A stretch of DNA of 64,000 nt from Basidiobolus meristosporus CBS 931.73 (taxonomy: Eukaryota; Fungi; Basidiobolomycota), in the NCBI GenBank assembly GCA_002104905.1, contig MCFE01000031.1, positions 154,346 through 218,345 of the forward strand, read 5' to 3'. Position 1 is the first letter of the stretch. Each line of letters starts with the position of its first letter. Below the pieces are notes generated by a model. The model did no database searches and was not told the DNA's origin. It saw only the letters and a program-made list of their open reading frames with translations. Made by a program: the position numbers and the translations under genes. This document shows, one piece after another, positions 27,038-42,680 of this stretch.

Positions 27038-28169
27038 ATGTTCAAGATTACATTAAAAGGCAAAGACAGTCAGCCAACCTCGTCCAATTCCACCTCCAAC
27101 AAGTTCAGCTTACTGAAAGCAAAAAACAAACCAAAGCCACGACAACCGGAGATCGCAAAGAAGAGTGCCTTTGGTGAAGAAAGCAACAAACGCGAAAGAG
27201 ACGAAAATGAGATCGAATATGTGACCGGGCTTGAAGAGAACCAAATCACAAGGTATTTTCAACCAAGTGGCTTCCATCGTATTTCCGGTGCTAATACACT
27301 CTTTGATAAGTCTGAATCCCAAAGATACTGGCCCTTTGGTCATTCCCAAGCTAGAGAACGAGACTTTTGGCCGGAACAAGAAAAGGGCTCACTATATACC
27401 AGAGCAAGAACAGAAAAACAGCGATTCTGTGGAGGTCACCCTCTTGAACAACAAGCCTACCACATACGGTCTGCAGATCCCAACAAAAGCTTCAGCGGAA
27501 TCTAGCAAGAACACAACTGATCAAAACACCGCGACCGATGTCACAAAGGATGCCACTACCACACCGGAAGAAAAACCCGCTGTCAATGCTAATCCTGAAG
27601 AAGATTTAACTACTCAAGCCATAAAGGAACTAACTGGAGGTAGGCTTCCATAAAGCGAATCTACTTGAAGTACCTTAGAGTCTGATTGCTTCGATATATC
27701 TAGGAACATCAGAGGAAGGTGCAAGTTCGGAACAGAGAGTATTGCCAGCATTGGAATCCAACGACAGAGTTACCGAGGGAGAGCTATTTCGACAGGATGT
27801 CGCATCTAGGCCGAGAGAGGTAAGCTGGAGCATACGCGTACCAAACATGTCAACAACGCTCACACTTTTTTGTGGCTAGTGTACCCTCGAAGAATACGAG
27901 AACGTTCCAGTTGAGGAATTCGGGGCTGCTTTACTTCGTGGAATGGGCTGGAAAGATGGCCAAGCAATCGGTAAATCGCGAAAGAATGGGTACGTAACAA
28001 TGCTTAAAGCTACACTGGATGTTTTCACAGTTGTTCTAACCTCGATCCTCACAGAATGCTGAAGCCAATCGAATTCGCCCCACGCCCAAGTTTGCTCGGA
28101 TTAGGCGCTCGTCCAAAGCCACCGGAGTTGGATAACAAGAACAAGGGGCGTCGCAGGGTAATTGAGTAA
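27038..28169 (+). CDS. SPP2: Spp2/MOS2-like G-patch splicing factor, multi-exon
   Basis: EEYENVPVEEFGAALLRGMGWKDGQAIG..RPSLLGLGA G-patch. Confidence 0.85.
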
Positions 28170-28399
28170 CCGATAGCTCTCTCGATAGGCGAAGCACTAA
28201 CCACGCTTTACGCTCCCATCTAGCCATAGAGATAACCAAGCAGCATGTAAATGAATTCGTCTACCCGGAGTTATTGTGAATCTTAATATATTTCTACTTC
28301 AATACACAGAAGCCATTTCTATAGAATACGATTCAAAAAGAACTGAGCTGTTGTTGCGACGCATGGAAACAATAATATTACAGAGTGATTATAGGTGGA

Positions 28400-30761
28400 C
28401 TACATCTGATTGGTCTCAGGAATAATGGAGTTTGAGATGTCAAGCAATGCCTCGATTGACGGTTGCAGTTGACCTTGATTAGCTTGTAGAATTAATTCGC
28501 ATATGTCAGCCTCAATATTGGGAAACATGTCTCTTAGTGTAGACAGTGCTTGGCTATATTCCTGGTATTGCTGTTCTTGCATCATGGCGTTATGTTGTCT
28601 TTGTATTTGGCTGAGGGCACCCGGATATGCTGGGTTGGTGGATGGATTGGGAGGGCTGGACTGTACTTGTGATCTGAGATACCCGCTGTTAGCGGACTGT
28701 CTGTGGTTTTGCTCATACTCATCATCAAAATCGGATCCAATGTCTGAGCCAACCGAGTCTCTAGCTTGAGGATGCAGATGGTTTTGCTCGGATTGGCCAG
28801 GGCGGAGAGTATCATCAAAGCTGCGAGATCTAGCCATAGGCTCTGAGGAGCATTGCTTCCGTGCAATTTCCTCGACTGCTTTATCGATATTTCTAATAGA
28901 AAATTGTTAGAGCAGAGATGTGTTGGACTGTACGTCGTACGTTGCGCTTGCCTGTTAAACTCTTCCTCAGAAATAGAAAGCTGCTTGTAGTCCATATTCT
29001 CGATGAAAGAGATAGCCCCCATCTATTCAAGGTTGGTTTCTATCAGTTAGAGCAATGAAACCAGTGCCAGGGTTCGATGTCTCTTACTAGGTTTGTCAAG
29101 TAGTACTCCGACTCGGCATGGAGCTTCTCAGGTCTTCTAAACCGTGATATGTACCTAAGGATAGCTAGTATCAGCACCGGGATAGTATAAGCCCCCCTCA
29201 TCGCCACTTACTGAACATTTGATACAAGTCGCTCCGGATTAGCGCGTAACACTACGAAGATCAGGATCGGAAGAAACTTATCGGCACCTGCTTCAGCATC
29301 CACATGCTTCAAAAAACGTGAGTCAAAGTTAAGGATACAACATATGACCACAACCAAGTCACACTAAGCACTGAAGGCAAAAGGATATCAAAGATCACAA
29401 TGCAACAATTCAGAATGCAGATAAGTTTGTCGCGAGGAGCCTTGTATGTATTTATCTTCGCGAGTTCTGATGATTATGGTGTTCGGATTAATACAACAGC
29501 TCCATGTATATAGTTTCGCTGATGATAGCTACATACCAGCTTGAGCAAAGCCCAGGAATGACTCGTTGTGCTTGTTTACGGGAATATCCAGATGCTCCTC
29601 TTTTATCCAGCGATAAAGCTGGACTTTCTGGTTAAGGATGTCGTCTTTCTCCACGTCGTCAGCAGTGAGAGGGCAGAAAGTGCTAGGGTAAGAAGGGAGC
29701 ATGAGAAAGAGCTTCTAGCCACTCGGAATAAAACCCAATATCTACTATTTATAGAGCTTGTTCATAATTAACTTTTCCATTCCCTCCAACGCATTTTCAA
29801 AGTCAACTTCGGAACATCTGGCCCAGACTTCACAGTTCCGCATATCGTACGCGATATCCTATTCACAGGTAGGTTTTAGCAAGGTGTTTGCTTTGTGCTG
29901 AAACGGGTCACTTACGTTCAAGAAGCCATGGATAGCTTGAATTTGCTCGTTTACAGTGTATGGTTTACGTTGAAAACTAGCCAGAAATCTAACCAAGTTT
30001 TAGCACTCGATTGTTATGGAACTGGTGGAAAGTGTAGTCACCTTTTTAGACTGCGTGCAACAGGAACGGCACTTCTATGTCGGATTTGGTCCAAAAAGCG
30101 ATGATACTCGAATTGGTCGGTTTTTTGAGTATTCTCCGGGCTGTCCGGTGCATTGAGAGCCTTATCATGTTGCATACCAGAAGTCGAGCTAGGCGTACCA
30201 CCGTAGGAGATTGATTTCTGTAAACTTTCGCCTCGAATTCTTCTTTTAGCAGCTGTTTTACTCTTGGCTTTTGTTGATTGCTCGTCTGATACTTCGGTAG
30301 GAAGAGTTATTGAGTCCTCCGAACTCGCTTGGATCGTAGGTTTTTCTGATGGATGATGGGTTATTAACAAAGGAGAGGGAGCTGAATACGCAAAGAGAAG
30401 AATCTCAACCATTTTCCAGATTGTTGAGTGGATCGAATTCAGCCACCAGGTCGTTTCTCGCCTTATGGCCGGAGCCAGATGATGGAGATTTCTGTTGGTC
30501 GAAATCATCTGGAATGTCAGGGAAGGCCTCTATATATATTTTCGGCGTCAAAGCTTGACCATCTCTGGAGGAATTCAAAATGAATGCGAGTTTTCTCAAA
30601 TAAATGCTGAGAGGAAATACTAACTGCATAGTGCTCTCGTTAGAATCATCAGTCTCCTGGGGTAGCAAAGTATCCTGCCCCGTATTCAGTTGGAGTTTCT
30701 CTTTTAGTTCGGCAGATACACCGTTATCCTCAAAGCTTTCGGGTTGCACACTCGACTCCAT
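28400..30761 (-). CDS. VPS9: Rab5 GEF Vps9 (VPS9 domain plus C-terminal CUE domain), multi-exon
   Basis: [94 protein letters not shown]. Confidence 0.92.
29318..29388 (-). other. U12-type AT-AC intron in VPS9
   Basis: 5' ATATCCTTTT; branch TATCCTTAAC ending 10 nt before the intron 3' end; 3' ..CTCAC. Removal restores VIF-G-FLKH. Confidence 0.93.
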
Positions 30762-31119
30762 ACTAATAATTCCTAAGACTCCTGAGCATAAAGCTCTGAC
30801 TTCAATAAAAATGAAGTCTGGACGATGAAATTGGATAATTTACGTGTTGGATTTTCCCTAATCTTGATTAGACGTGCTGACGAACTCCTAGTTTGTGACA
30901 GTTTTAATGGGTAAATGTAATTCAAGTTTTCACCGATAATAATCAAGTTAAGTTGTGACTTGATATCTATTCCAGACGAATATGTTCCGAATAGTTTCGC
31001 AAAGAACATGAAAAAAAGATTGCTAAAAAAAATACCGTTCGAAGAATCGTGATTCAAGGTAATATACACTAGTAAGTTCGGTGTATTGGAGTATCGCAGC
31101 GTGACAATAGATAAGAGAC

Positions 31120-33996
31120 ATGTCGAACTCGGAGCGTATACTGGTCGAACACGCAAAGCTTCTGAATTCCCTGATAAACCATTATTTATCGACGGAAACC
31201 GCCGTTGGTACCCATGTACCATACATTCTAGAGACTATCACCTACCATGGCTTACTTGAAAATGACAGAAACGACGAATTAGACGAGGCGATTCATAAAT
31301 GGGAAACTCGTGTTACCTCCCTCCTGCAATCCAAAATTGCTAGCGCCAGATGGGCTGGTGTTTCGTTCGTGAAGATTAGTTTGGACAATAACGAGCTCTA
31401 TAATCAAAATGTTACTCACTGGGTATCCGCATTGTTATCTTCAGTGATGGTTAGTGCTTTTGAATCCCTCGGAATTGATGTATTGTACTGTTGACACATA
31501 TTTACCGCAGAGGCCCGAGCCCACCCCAGTACTCGAGAGTATTATCACTACTCTCTCCGAGCTTTTTAAACGTACGGCTCGCAAACCGGAATTCCAACGC
31601 GAAGTTACCACCGCATTTTTGCCCCGCTTTAACGTATGCTTATTGAGCCTGTCCGAAAACCAAGAGTTGCTTGTTCGTACTTTAAAATTATGAGGACCAT
31701 ATTCAGCGCGACTAACGAAAGCATTGCTACCTTAATCTAGCCTTGCATCCTCCGCACACTGCGCACTTCCGTTGAAACGTTCCCCTCTATATTCAAACCG
31801 TCCATCGACAAGACGCAAGCTCTTTGCTTGAGACATTTGGATGGTAGTATGGACAGTCAGAGTGCTATTGTAGCGGCTGCCAGCGCTTGCTTGGTTTCAC
31901 TGCATAATGCAAGCGGAAAAGTCAACTCTGTAGATGCTTGGAGAGCGACCAATGTTAGATTGATTGGTTCCATCCACCAAGCATTAGATTTGCTATTTGA
32001 CAGTGTAGAAGAAGGTGAGATGCAGCAAGCTTTTAATAGAGAATTGGTTGTTAACCGAGTGTTTATTGTAGATTATCAGAAGAAGGATAATTTGCTCAGT
32101 TATGATTTCATGGAGCTGCCCTCGGATTACGTCCAGAAGTTCCCTCTCTTATTCAACAGGGTTAAGGCTCTACTCCGCTCCTTGAGTGCTTCATTGAGGT
32201 AGCTACATGTTGCATTATCTAATATCCATGTTTATCGCAATGTAGTAACTGTGTTGATCATAGCTGCAAAGCTGAAAGACCAGTTAGCATTCCGGTTAGC
32301 TCTTTGATCGATTTGTTCTGCAGGATTTACAATGTATCCGATAGCTCAGTCGTAAGTTCAGAAGCCTACAATTCTATACATTTTCGGTTACTTACCTGCT
32401 TGGTGTAGATGAGCGAAGATAAAGACAAGAGCGAATTCCATGCGTTAATGGCTGGTATCCCCAGCTTACATGTGTCAACCACGTCTACTTTGGAGAGCCT
32501 TGTTACTGCGTAAGTATTAGCCAGAAGCCTACATAGCTGCACGAATATTCAATTTGATTTCACATGACAGCGCAGGCGATCATCTACTTTGTTACTCCAA
32601 TACCTTATCAAGTATGATCCTCAAATCCCTCAATCAGCACAAAGGAAAAGAGTAAGTGATTTGCCAACGAGCTACGATGGCTTGTAGATCTAATGGCATG
32701 CGACCCTAGGTTTGCTCGTGTCTCGGCATATGGCTTGGCTACAGTGTGCATCGAGACCTTTGGATTCGGATTTTCTTCGATCATAGACGCCTCAATCATC
32801 AAGATCATTCTCCAAGATACCAAAGCGTTAGAATTGAAGGCCGAAGATATTTTAAGTAAGAAGGAGAATAACACCAGCAAAGTATGGCTTACCGACACCT
32901 ACATTGCCCTGCATCCGTACTTATTAATGATTATCCTACCACAGAAGCAGCCCAAGAGACGCAAGGCCAACGTTACCAATTCCGATGCTCTTACTGCCCA
33001 GCACAAGATAGTGATCCCTTCTTCTGCACTTCAGCATGCTGCTCTGAGAAGTAAGTCGCTCAAATGTCAAATCCTAGCCGCCGATTGTATTGACACTTGG
33101 CCCTGTTTAGCTTTGAAAGCTGTAATCATTTCGTCAGGATCGTCGATTGCTCCTCAGCTGCGCACTGCAATCGAGTCCACCTTGATCTCCCATATCTTAA
33201 CCATAGCTCAAGAGCCATCAGAAAGCGCGAACGAAAACATTGAGAAATTCAAGCTCTCTTTATACGACTGTCTTCTCAGCGTGGTTATTTCTCCAGCTCA
33301 ACAGATCCCCTTAGTTCTACCTTACGCTCTCAAGCTGTTCAACCAAGGCTTGAACGACAGTAGCTATATGGTAAACAGTTTCTTGTTGCAAGCTCGATTC
33401 TCCTGGAATGGCTACTTACATTACTGCTCCATAGATCCGTGCTTTTTGCTCAAACGCTGTCTTGCTGTGTGATCTGATTATTCACCCTAGATTGCCACCC
33501 ACCCTAAAATCCCCTCCTAAGGACGATAAGCCTCCCAACGGGCTGCAACCGTCTCTGGAACATAGGCCAGCAGCCACTGATTTTGGCCAGAGCAGCTTTG
33601 TTGAATTTGCACAAACCAAGGCTGAGCCTGCTATACCAGAATCGGTCTCCTCTGTTAAGGAAGTATCCACTCCGTTTGGAAATGAAACCACGAATCAAAC
33701 ACCGGTGTTGCAAGCCACTATGAGCCAAACAACCAAGCCCTCTGCACCGTTAGCACCTGTCGCGGCGAACAACGTAAAGCTAATATGAGATTAAGTTAGA
33801 TGCTGCATGACTGACATTCTCCCTCCTATAGAAACAACCCACGCCACCCAGATCAGTCAAGCGCCCATCCTCCGAAGAGCCAGAGCAGCCTACCAAGCGA
33901 TTACAACCAACCCTGCCAGTTCCCAAGCCGGCAGAGGTAGATTCGGACGACGAGGAGATTCCTGAGATTGATTTGGAGGGATCAGAAAGCGAATAG
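31120..33996 (+). CDS. RIX1: Rix1/PELP1-like pre-60S processing factor, multi-exon
   Basis: HKWETRVTSLLQSK..RWAGVSFVK, PEFQREVTTAFLP; Pro-rich C-terminus ending EIPEIDLEGSESE*. Confidence 0.82.
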
Positions 33997-34258
33997 CCAA
34001 GCGAATAGCCAAGCGCGTATTCCACCTGCCTAGGTTGATGCAGATCGTGTTCAAATAATTAAATAACATTCCATATAATAGAATAAACGAATTTTCGATC
34101 AAATGTAGCGCGACTCTAATTGTTTCAATTGTGTAAGCATAGATTCGTCTAAACGCGATGAAGTTTCGAGTCATGACGTGGTTGTTTCGTATCTATTCTA
34201 CAGAGCAGTGTATCCTAGAAGGAAACCAATGCTGTCAAACATGCGCACAAAAACAATC

Positions 34259-34302
34259 TGTGGTGAATTTGTGGTGAATTTGTGGCGAATTTGTGGCGAA
34301 TT
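34259..34302. repeat. 11-bp tandem repeat x4 (TGTGGYGAATT)
   Basis: Read directly: TGTGGTGAATT x2 then TGTGGCGAATT x2. Confidence 0.9.
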
Positions 34303-34743
34303 CGTAGCAGTATGTAAGTTACTGTCTTTGCCCTATAGCTGCCTACATTTTTTGTTTAGTTTCATGTTCTTCAATGGGTTGATCGATTCGATTCCACGAG
34401 CTATGGTTGTAGCCCCTTCAAGATGGTGTTCCGTGAGTTAAAGATAAGCACTACATTTATATACCAAGAGTTCAAAATAAGCATGAAGTGCTTAGATACA
34501 CACTAAATGGGGAAGTCTGCTCGATAACCCACGAGCCGAATATACAATGCGCGACAACAACCGCCTGCATGTAAATAAGACTGGTTGAGTATTTTACCAA
34601 CACTCACTATCATTACAGTCATAAATGATATCAACGTGAGTTTCATTCCCGTTTCATCATACAAGTTGGTTGGAGATATAAACCGACCCTCCCCCATTGA
34701 GCATACTGCAAAGGAGTTTGTTCTGAGTGTATACAGCTTTATC

Positions 34744-36148
34744 ATGTCGAATAGAATCTTATTTCTCGGTGAGGTTGAGTTTGCAAACAGTTACGTCGAG
34801 GAGCTACGCAGTAAACATAAGCATGACTTGATGGTAAACCACGGTTCTCTAGACCCTTTCTCGAGCTAGAATTGACTCTGTCTTTGCCAACTGCAGATTG
34901 TCCTTCCCCGTAGCCGACAGGATTTTCTGAGAAAGCTCAAAGAGGGCGAGTTCGGAGAGTGTGCCGGAGTTGTTCTATCCTGGGCATTTAAATTGGTACC
35001 TTTTGGATGAGCATCGATTTGTTAAATGATAATAATATTAATAACTCGCCTAGGCTTGTGGACGATTCGATACCCAGGTGATTGACCTGTTTGGTCCCTC
35101 ACTCAAGATTATATCTAGCACTGGTGCAGGCTATGATGCTGTCGATGTCGAGCATGCAACCAAGAGAGGTACGGTGCATTATGCATATTTGAAAGTTGGA
35201 CGATACTGGAATGTCATCATTACAGGCATCTGGGTTTCAAATACTCCCGGAGTTGGGGATGACGCGACTGCCGATATAGCAATGCTCCTGATTCTCAGCA
35301 CCACCAGAGATATCTACGAAGCTCAGCAATCATTGAGACAAGGTGAGGGTTTTCTATGCTCCCAGTATAAACTGTATATTAACTGACCATTAGGCAATTG
35401 GAAGGGCGATCTCCCTCTGGGCATTGACTCTAGAAGGTTAAAACTTGGCATATTAGGCTTGGGAGGGATCGGAAAGGTAGCCAACATACATCATGGTTTC
35501 GTGATTTCGTATTCATCATGTGCTCCTTTTAAGGCCTTGGCTCAACGTGCACATGCATTTGGCATGGAATTGTATTATCACAATCGTAATCCTGTACCAA
35601 ATGAGGGTGAGCTTGGATAGGTTGTCCTCTAATGCACTGTTTATTCACTAATGTTCTCTTTAGTTGCCAATGCATACCATATCAGCTATCTGCCATTTGA
35701 CGATCTACTTAACACTGTGGATGTTCTTTCGATCCATGTACCTCTCTCCAGCGTCACTACCAAATTGATTGGAGCCAAAGAGTTCGCCAAAATGAAGGAT
35801 GGCTCCATTCTGATAAATACTGCCCGGGGTCCTGTGGTTGACGAAGATGCGTTGGTGGAGGCGCTTGATTCCGGGAAGCTGAAATCTGCTGGGTTGGACG
35901 TGTATCAGAACGAACCAGAGATTCATCCCGGGCTACTACGAAACACGAAGGTACAATTGCTACCACATATTGGGTCCTGTACCAAGGGTACCTTCGAGAA
36001 TATTGAGGTAATTAAGAAACTCTAATGAAAAGCAATTGAACACCCACTGAAGAATCCTTTCTAATAGCTTTTGGCCTTGGAAAATTGTCACTTGACCATT
36101 GTCCAAGGCAAACCGAGAACCCCGGTAAATGACTTGATGCTGCCCTAA
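34744..36148 (+). CDS. D-isomer-specific 2-hydroxyacid dehydrogenase (glyoxylate reductase-like), multi-exon
   Basis: GAGYDAVDV, SNTPG, GILGLGGIG, LINTARGPVVDE, AGLDVYQNEP, LLPHIGS. Confidence 0.92.
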
Positions 36149-36732
36149 GTCCCTCTTCCATACATATCCACTGAAGTCAATGCGCAGAAATTTTACTATT
36201 AAACATACATGAAATGTGATAGAAATATCATGTGTGCCCCCGTGTCTACTATACAACGATCTCAAGGTGATATTTTGCATAGCATCGGGGATTTTACTGT
36301 TTGATGTGCTTCATGTATGTTATCGAGATGGGATCACATTTCCTTTAATATTCTTACCCTCTCCGGCTACTATGCATACCGTGACTGTTGGCATGATTAC
36401 CACATGGTCCAAGTCAAGTCTGGGGCTGGTTACAGCAGCCAATGTGCCCATGGTAGCTAATTAGATAAATGAGAAAGCCATGGAATTAGTCACAAGATTG
36501 GCACAAAAGCCCGAGCGATTAATACTAAAGTAAATTGACGAGGTTTTCGAATTAAGAATTAAACTAATTGATCGATTTGTGCTTACATCGCATCCTTTTT
36601 TTGCTTCCATAAAATTGATACTAAAAAAAATCATCAACGAGACTGCTCATCAATTGACATTCACTTGGACTTTTTCTCTTCAGCAAATCTTCTCGTAGGA
36701 GACGTTCGATACAGTAGTCAACCTCTTTCACC

Positions 36733-37645
36733 ATGTCGGATAACACCGCCATACTAACAGCTGGTGCACGCGTATACTCACAAAAGAGAAAGAAGAGGAA
36801 GGAACAGATTCCCGAGATCCTTTTTGATGAGGATTCTAGAAGGTGATCATCCTGTTTTTTTCTCTTGAATAGCACGCTACATCGGCCAAGAGCTTTAGAT
36901 TTTGTACACGCTAGTTTCCGTAATCTCGAGTTAACCCTGGGCCTATATTTCTTAGAGATTATCTGACGGGCTTCCATAAACGTAAACTCGAAAGAAGAGC
37001 CAAAGCTCAGGAAATCGCTAAGGCCAAGGCTCACGAAGCAAAACTTGAGGCTAGAAAAGAGGTACTCGTACTGTCTGGATCACCTAGAAAGAACAGCTCA
37101 GCTTACCAGAATGTTTTGGTCATTAGAGACGTCAAGCAGCTAGAGATTTGGCAGAAGAGAAGTTGAGGCAATTTAATGCCAGCTTTAATGTTGGTAAGTT
37201 TGTTTAGAGTATTGTATGGACAGCCCGATGGCATATATTAAAATCACTCGACAGTGCAAGACGCTGATGACTTGGAAGATGGAAATGAAGAAGAGGAAGA
37301 CGATAACGAGACCAACACACAATCCGAGTATCGTACACCCAGCACTTTAACTACCGTTACGGTGATCACTGAAATGGATTCGGATACGGAGGAGCCTGCA
37401 CCTGCACCTAAAGTACCAAAGGTACTATTCAAGATGCTATGTTCATAGTTGCGCCAGGCTTCGATTTCTAAAACAGGGTGATTCTATAGGTAGAGACTCC
37501 AGAAGCTACTACAGCTAAACCAGCTAGACTTCCTAAGCCAAAGCCAAAGAAATTCCGTTATGAGAGCAAAAGGGCTCGAAAGGTTGAACAAGCCAAGACC
37601 AAGAAACATAAATTGGCCGCGGCGGCCAGAAGAAAGAAAAACTAG
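36733..37645 (+). CDS. RRP17: Nucleolar protein Rrp17/Nop25 (NOL12) family, multi-exon
   Basis: FDEDSRRDYLTGFHKRKLERR; TTVTVITE; KPKKFRYESK. Confidence 0.85.
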
Positions 37646-37972
37646 ACTATATATAGAATGTATTTGTTTGAATTGATCTTTCCTGTAGTGCCGTCAAATT
37701 TGTAATTTAATAAAAATACGAGTCCACAGTTGCTACATTTGTGGTGTTGCGAAATAACTGCACGTGTACACCTCTGCTACTGACCTCGAAGTTGGATATA
37801 GTTCCTGGCCAGATGCTATAATGTCGGTAACATTGCCTTTTTTAGTCAATGTCGCAGATATCGGCTATGTGAAAATCAATTGCCGACTGTGCGGCAATGG
37901 AAAATTTGTTTCTTCCCACACAAACTGGAGAAGCATCTTTTCAGTAAGACCACCTCTCGAGAGTATTCCCTG

Positions 37973-39458
37973 ATGTCTTTCTTCAACTGTGCACGTTCGT
38001 TACGCCCAGCTTATTTAGCCGGTAGACTGCAACCAATCCCGTCAGTGTTAACACGAGGCTTGGTTCCCGGAAGCAAGGTACTACCATTGCGTGCCTTTCA
38101 CCAAAGAGCTTTGCTCTCGAAATTCTCTTCCGGCCTATCTACTATACGCCCTCATGTGTTTACAAAGAGCCGGCCTGCATTCACCCAATGCTTGACTTTT
38201 TCGACCAAAACCAGCACGGAACAGGAACAACCTGAGGCACAGCCGAAGAAAAATGTGTACTCCACTTGGATTGACCGCTTACCAAGTTCTATTGCACCCT
38301 ATGCCTACTTGACTCGAATTGACAAGCCCATTGGAACTTGGTTGCTTTATTGGCCTTGTAGTAAGTGTTTACTCTTTGTTTTCTTCTGGTAACAAAGGTT
38401 CTGATGGAGTCTATAGCTTGGAGTATTTCGATGGCCACCTTCGCTCACAATTTACCAATCCAAGACTCACTTAAAATGATGGCATTATTTGGTATTGGAG
38501 CAGTGATTATGCGTGGTGCTGGATGCACAATCAATGATATGTGGGATAAAGACTTCGATAACAGGGTAAGAATAAGATGCACTTCCTCATAACTGATTGG
38601 AGTGAGGTAGCTAATGCGCTGCAGGTCGAACGAACCAAAACAAGACCAATTGCGTCAGGGGATGTTACCCAGTTCCAAGCATTGTGTTTCCTTGGTTTAC
38701 AGCTTAGTGCGGGATTGGGTGTCCTCACCCAGCTCAACATGTACAGGTTAGCCATTCAGACACAAAATAGCTTGCTACATGCCAGCCTAGAGCTTTTGTC
38801 AGTATCCTTTTAGGTGCTTCCTCGATGGGACTGGTTATCACTTATCCGCTTATGAAACGAGTTACCTATTGGCCACAGGTGGTTCTTGGTATGTATCCAA
38901 CCTTTCCGCCCAAAGTGAAAATACATTAATGCGTCGCCTTTTTCCCAGGACTCGCCTTCAATTGGGGAGCCTTACTTGGCTGGTCAGCTATGGTTGGAAG
39001 CAGCAACTGGGAAGTTACTCTGCCGCTCTATGTCTCAGGAGTGTATTGGACCCTGTTCTATGACACCATTTATGCGCATCAAGTCAGTATTTTATACCGA
39101 AATGTCGCGAGTTGGTGGACTGATGCTTAATGTTGATCGTTAGGATAAAAAAGACGATATTCAGATTGGAGTGAAAAGCACAGCACTTCGGTTCGGAGAA
39201 AAGACTCCCGAATGGCTGACCGGGTTCGCGGTCAGCAGTGTGGGTTTGCTAGGATTGGCCGGCTATATGAACGGGCACGGACTTCCATTCTACATGGGCT
39301 TATCGGCAGCGGCTGCTCACTATGCTTGGCAATTGAAGACTGTGGATTACAATAGCACCCAGAGCTGTTGGGCCAAATTTACATCGAATACGCAGCTTGG
39401 TGGATTGATATTCGCCGGTATCTGGGGAGACATATTGTTGCAAAGAATTTGCGCCTAA
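37973..39458 (+). CDS. COQ2: 4-hydroxybenzoate polyprenyltransferase, multi-exon
   Basis: [73 protein letters not shown]. Confidence 0.96.
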
Positions 39459-39607
39459 TGCAAGCATCATCATTCTCAGGAAAAGCCTCTAGATTTATTG
39501 ATAAGATTGCGTATTTAATTAAATGTACAAAGCCAGTGAATTGATTTTCCAGAATCTATAGCAAACACGAGGAAGGCAAAGAAAAGGTTGGCCAGTGATA
39601 CAACCGA

Positions 39608-40828
<1,221 letters not shown>

Positions 40829-41692
40829 TTCAAACTTTACGAGATAACGTAGGTATTAAGAAAATCGAGGTGTGTTATCGAACCAAAATATCACAACTAA
40901 ATTACTTTGACAGGACACCAGGGACCGAGGCTCTTGGGAGGTATTTTATAAACGAGAGAAACCTCACACCACAAAAACTACCGATTAGCAACTGTTTATC
41001 ACTTTTTCACATAGCTGACAGAACACCAATCATCTAGCGAGCCCCGATAAGATTGATCCAAATGCCTAAAATAGCATTAGAGCCACAGATTATTTCCTGA
41101 TTGTATAAATGTATTGCTTCTTACACGGAACTCGGGCATAACATGAGTACGCTTTAACCACGTTCAACTAGCTTCCAGCGACAACGGATGGGATCCATTG
41201 CTTGCTTCCGATGGATATCCAAATCGGGCCACCCACACCATGCCAATACGCTTGCCAAAACCATTTAAAACCCGATGAAGAGCGCAAATAATTCACATTC
41301 AATGGGAGATCTTGTGCTGCATATGCGACAAATGTAACATGGATGGATGGTGAATTAGTCATACGCTTGGGTTAGGGCTACCATCGTTTCAAGGGTTGAT
41401 GCTTGGGTTAGGGTTGCCGTTGTTTCATGTCTGTTTCTTGGCCTCCAATCGTCATCCATCCCCCTAGACTGATGCAATATGGACAATGAGCCTACTATAC
41501 ATGATTAAGGTTACCCTACTGCTACAATGCCTTCATGTGATTCCGATGATTTAGCAGTCCTCTAGTTATTTCAAGTTGACAATGAATTCTCTCACTGATT
41601 ATGTAGACTTTCTCATATCTCCTTCACCCCCGCATACTCTCTTTTACTATTGTTCCGCCGTCGACTTTGTACAGAAGCCTTCTCTTGCAAAT

Positions 41693-42680
41693 ATGACCAC
41701 GGCACATATCCACAGTGATAATTCAAGCTCGGCATCTGCTCATAAATCAAAGCTTTCTAGACGGGAGGCACTACGTTTAGTGGAGGAGATCCTGGCTGAA
41801 AGTAATCTCTACACGATCCTTGGTGTAGTAAACACCGCTTCCACAGAGGAAATCCGCAGAGCATATATTTCCAGGAGTAGAATATGCCATCCTGACAAAC
41901 TCCCAGGAATTTCCAAGGCTACTGAAGCATTTCAAAGTAGGTGAACCTCTCCAAGCCACTTGGTTTGCTCTATCCTAACATTGGACCACCTAGAAATCTC
42001 AACCGCCTACGAGACATTATCGAATTCCAACAGCAGAAGAAGTTACGACCAGAATGGAACAAAGATTAACAGCCTGAGCAGTGACGAGACTCTGATTAGT
42101 GCGCTGCTTCAGATATTCAATGAGTTTATGGACGGAGATTTTGAGCATTTGCTCTCAATCGTAGGTAAAGTATTGTATCGGTATCCAGTCTGCTGATAAT
42201 GCCACTAATCAAACATACCAGAATTCATAAACATCCAAAACCCAGATCTCAATATTGACAAGGAGAAAGCCAATCAGCTCTTTGCCCAAGTGAGGGAAGG
42301 GTTCTTAGGTGATTACGGTTGTGTTGTGTGGTGCTGAATATCCGTTTACTCACATCGCATTTGATGCTATAGTTGCCGGGAAGTACCTCAATGAGGTCAA
42401 GTTCGAGGTGATGAAGATCTACGAGATCCAGAGCGAGCTTCGTACTCTTTCGTACTTTGATGTGTTTGGCCGACTTCGGCTCAGTATTCAGCTGAGTAGG
42501 ATCTTCTTCAGCATCCCCGTCAAAATGAACAACGTCGCGGCCGACAAACAGATCGTCAATAACCAGCTGTTTAGGCTTTTGAGTGAGTTGACTGGCCTGT
42601 TGGAGTTTTCCGAGCATACCGTTGGAAAAGTGGATACCTGGGTGGCAAATTGCTGGAGAACCTTGCCCTTAAGTAGCTGA
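41693..42680 (+). CDS. J-domain (DnaJ) protein, multi-exon
   Basis: LYTILGV..EEIRRAY..CHPDKL..AFQKISTAYETLS; HPD motif. Confidence 0.85.

Noticed and set aside
33985-34015. 12-bp duplication GCGAATAGCCAA at the RIX1 stop and the 11-bp x4 repeat at 34259
   Set aside because: Simple slippage repeats with no further structure.
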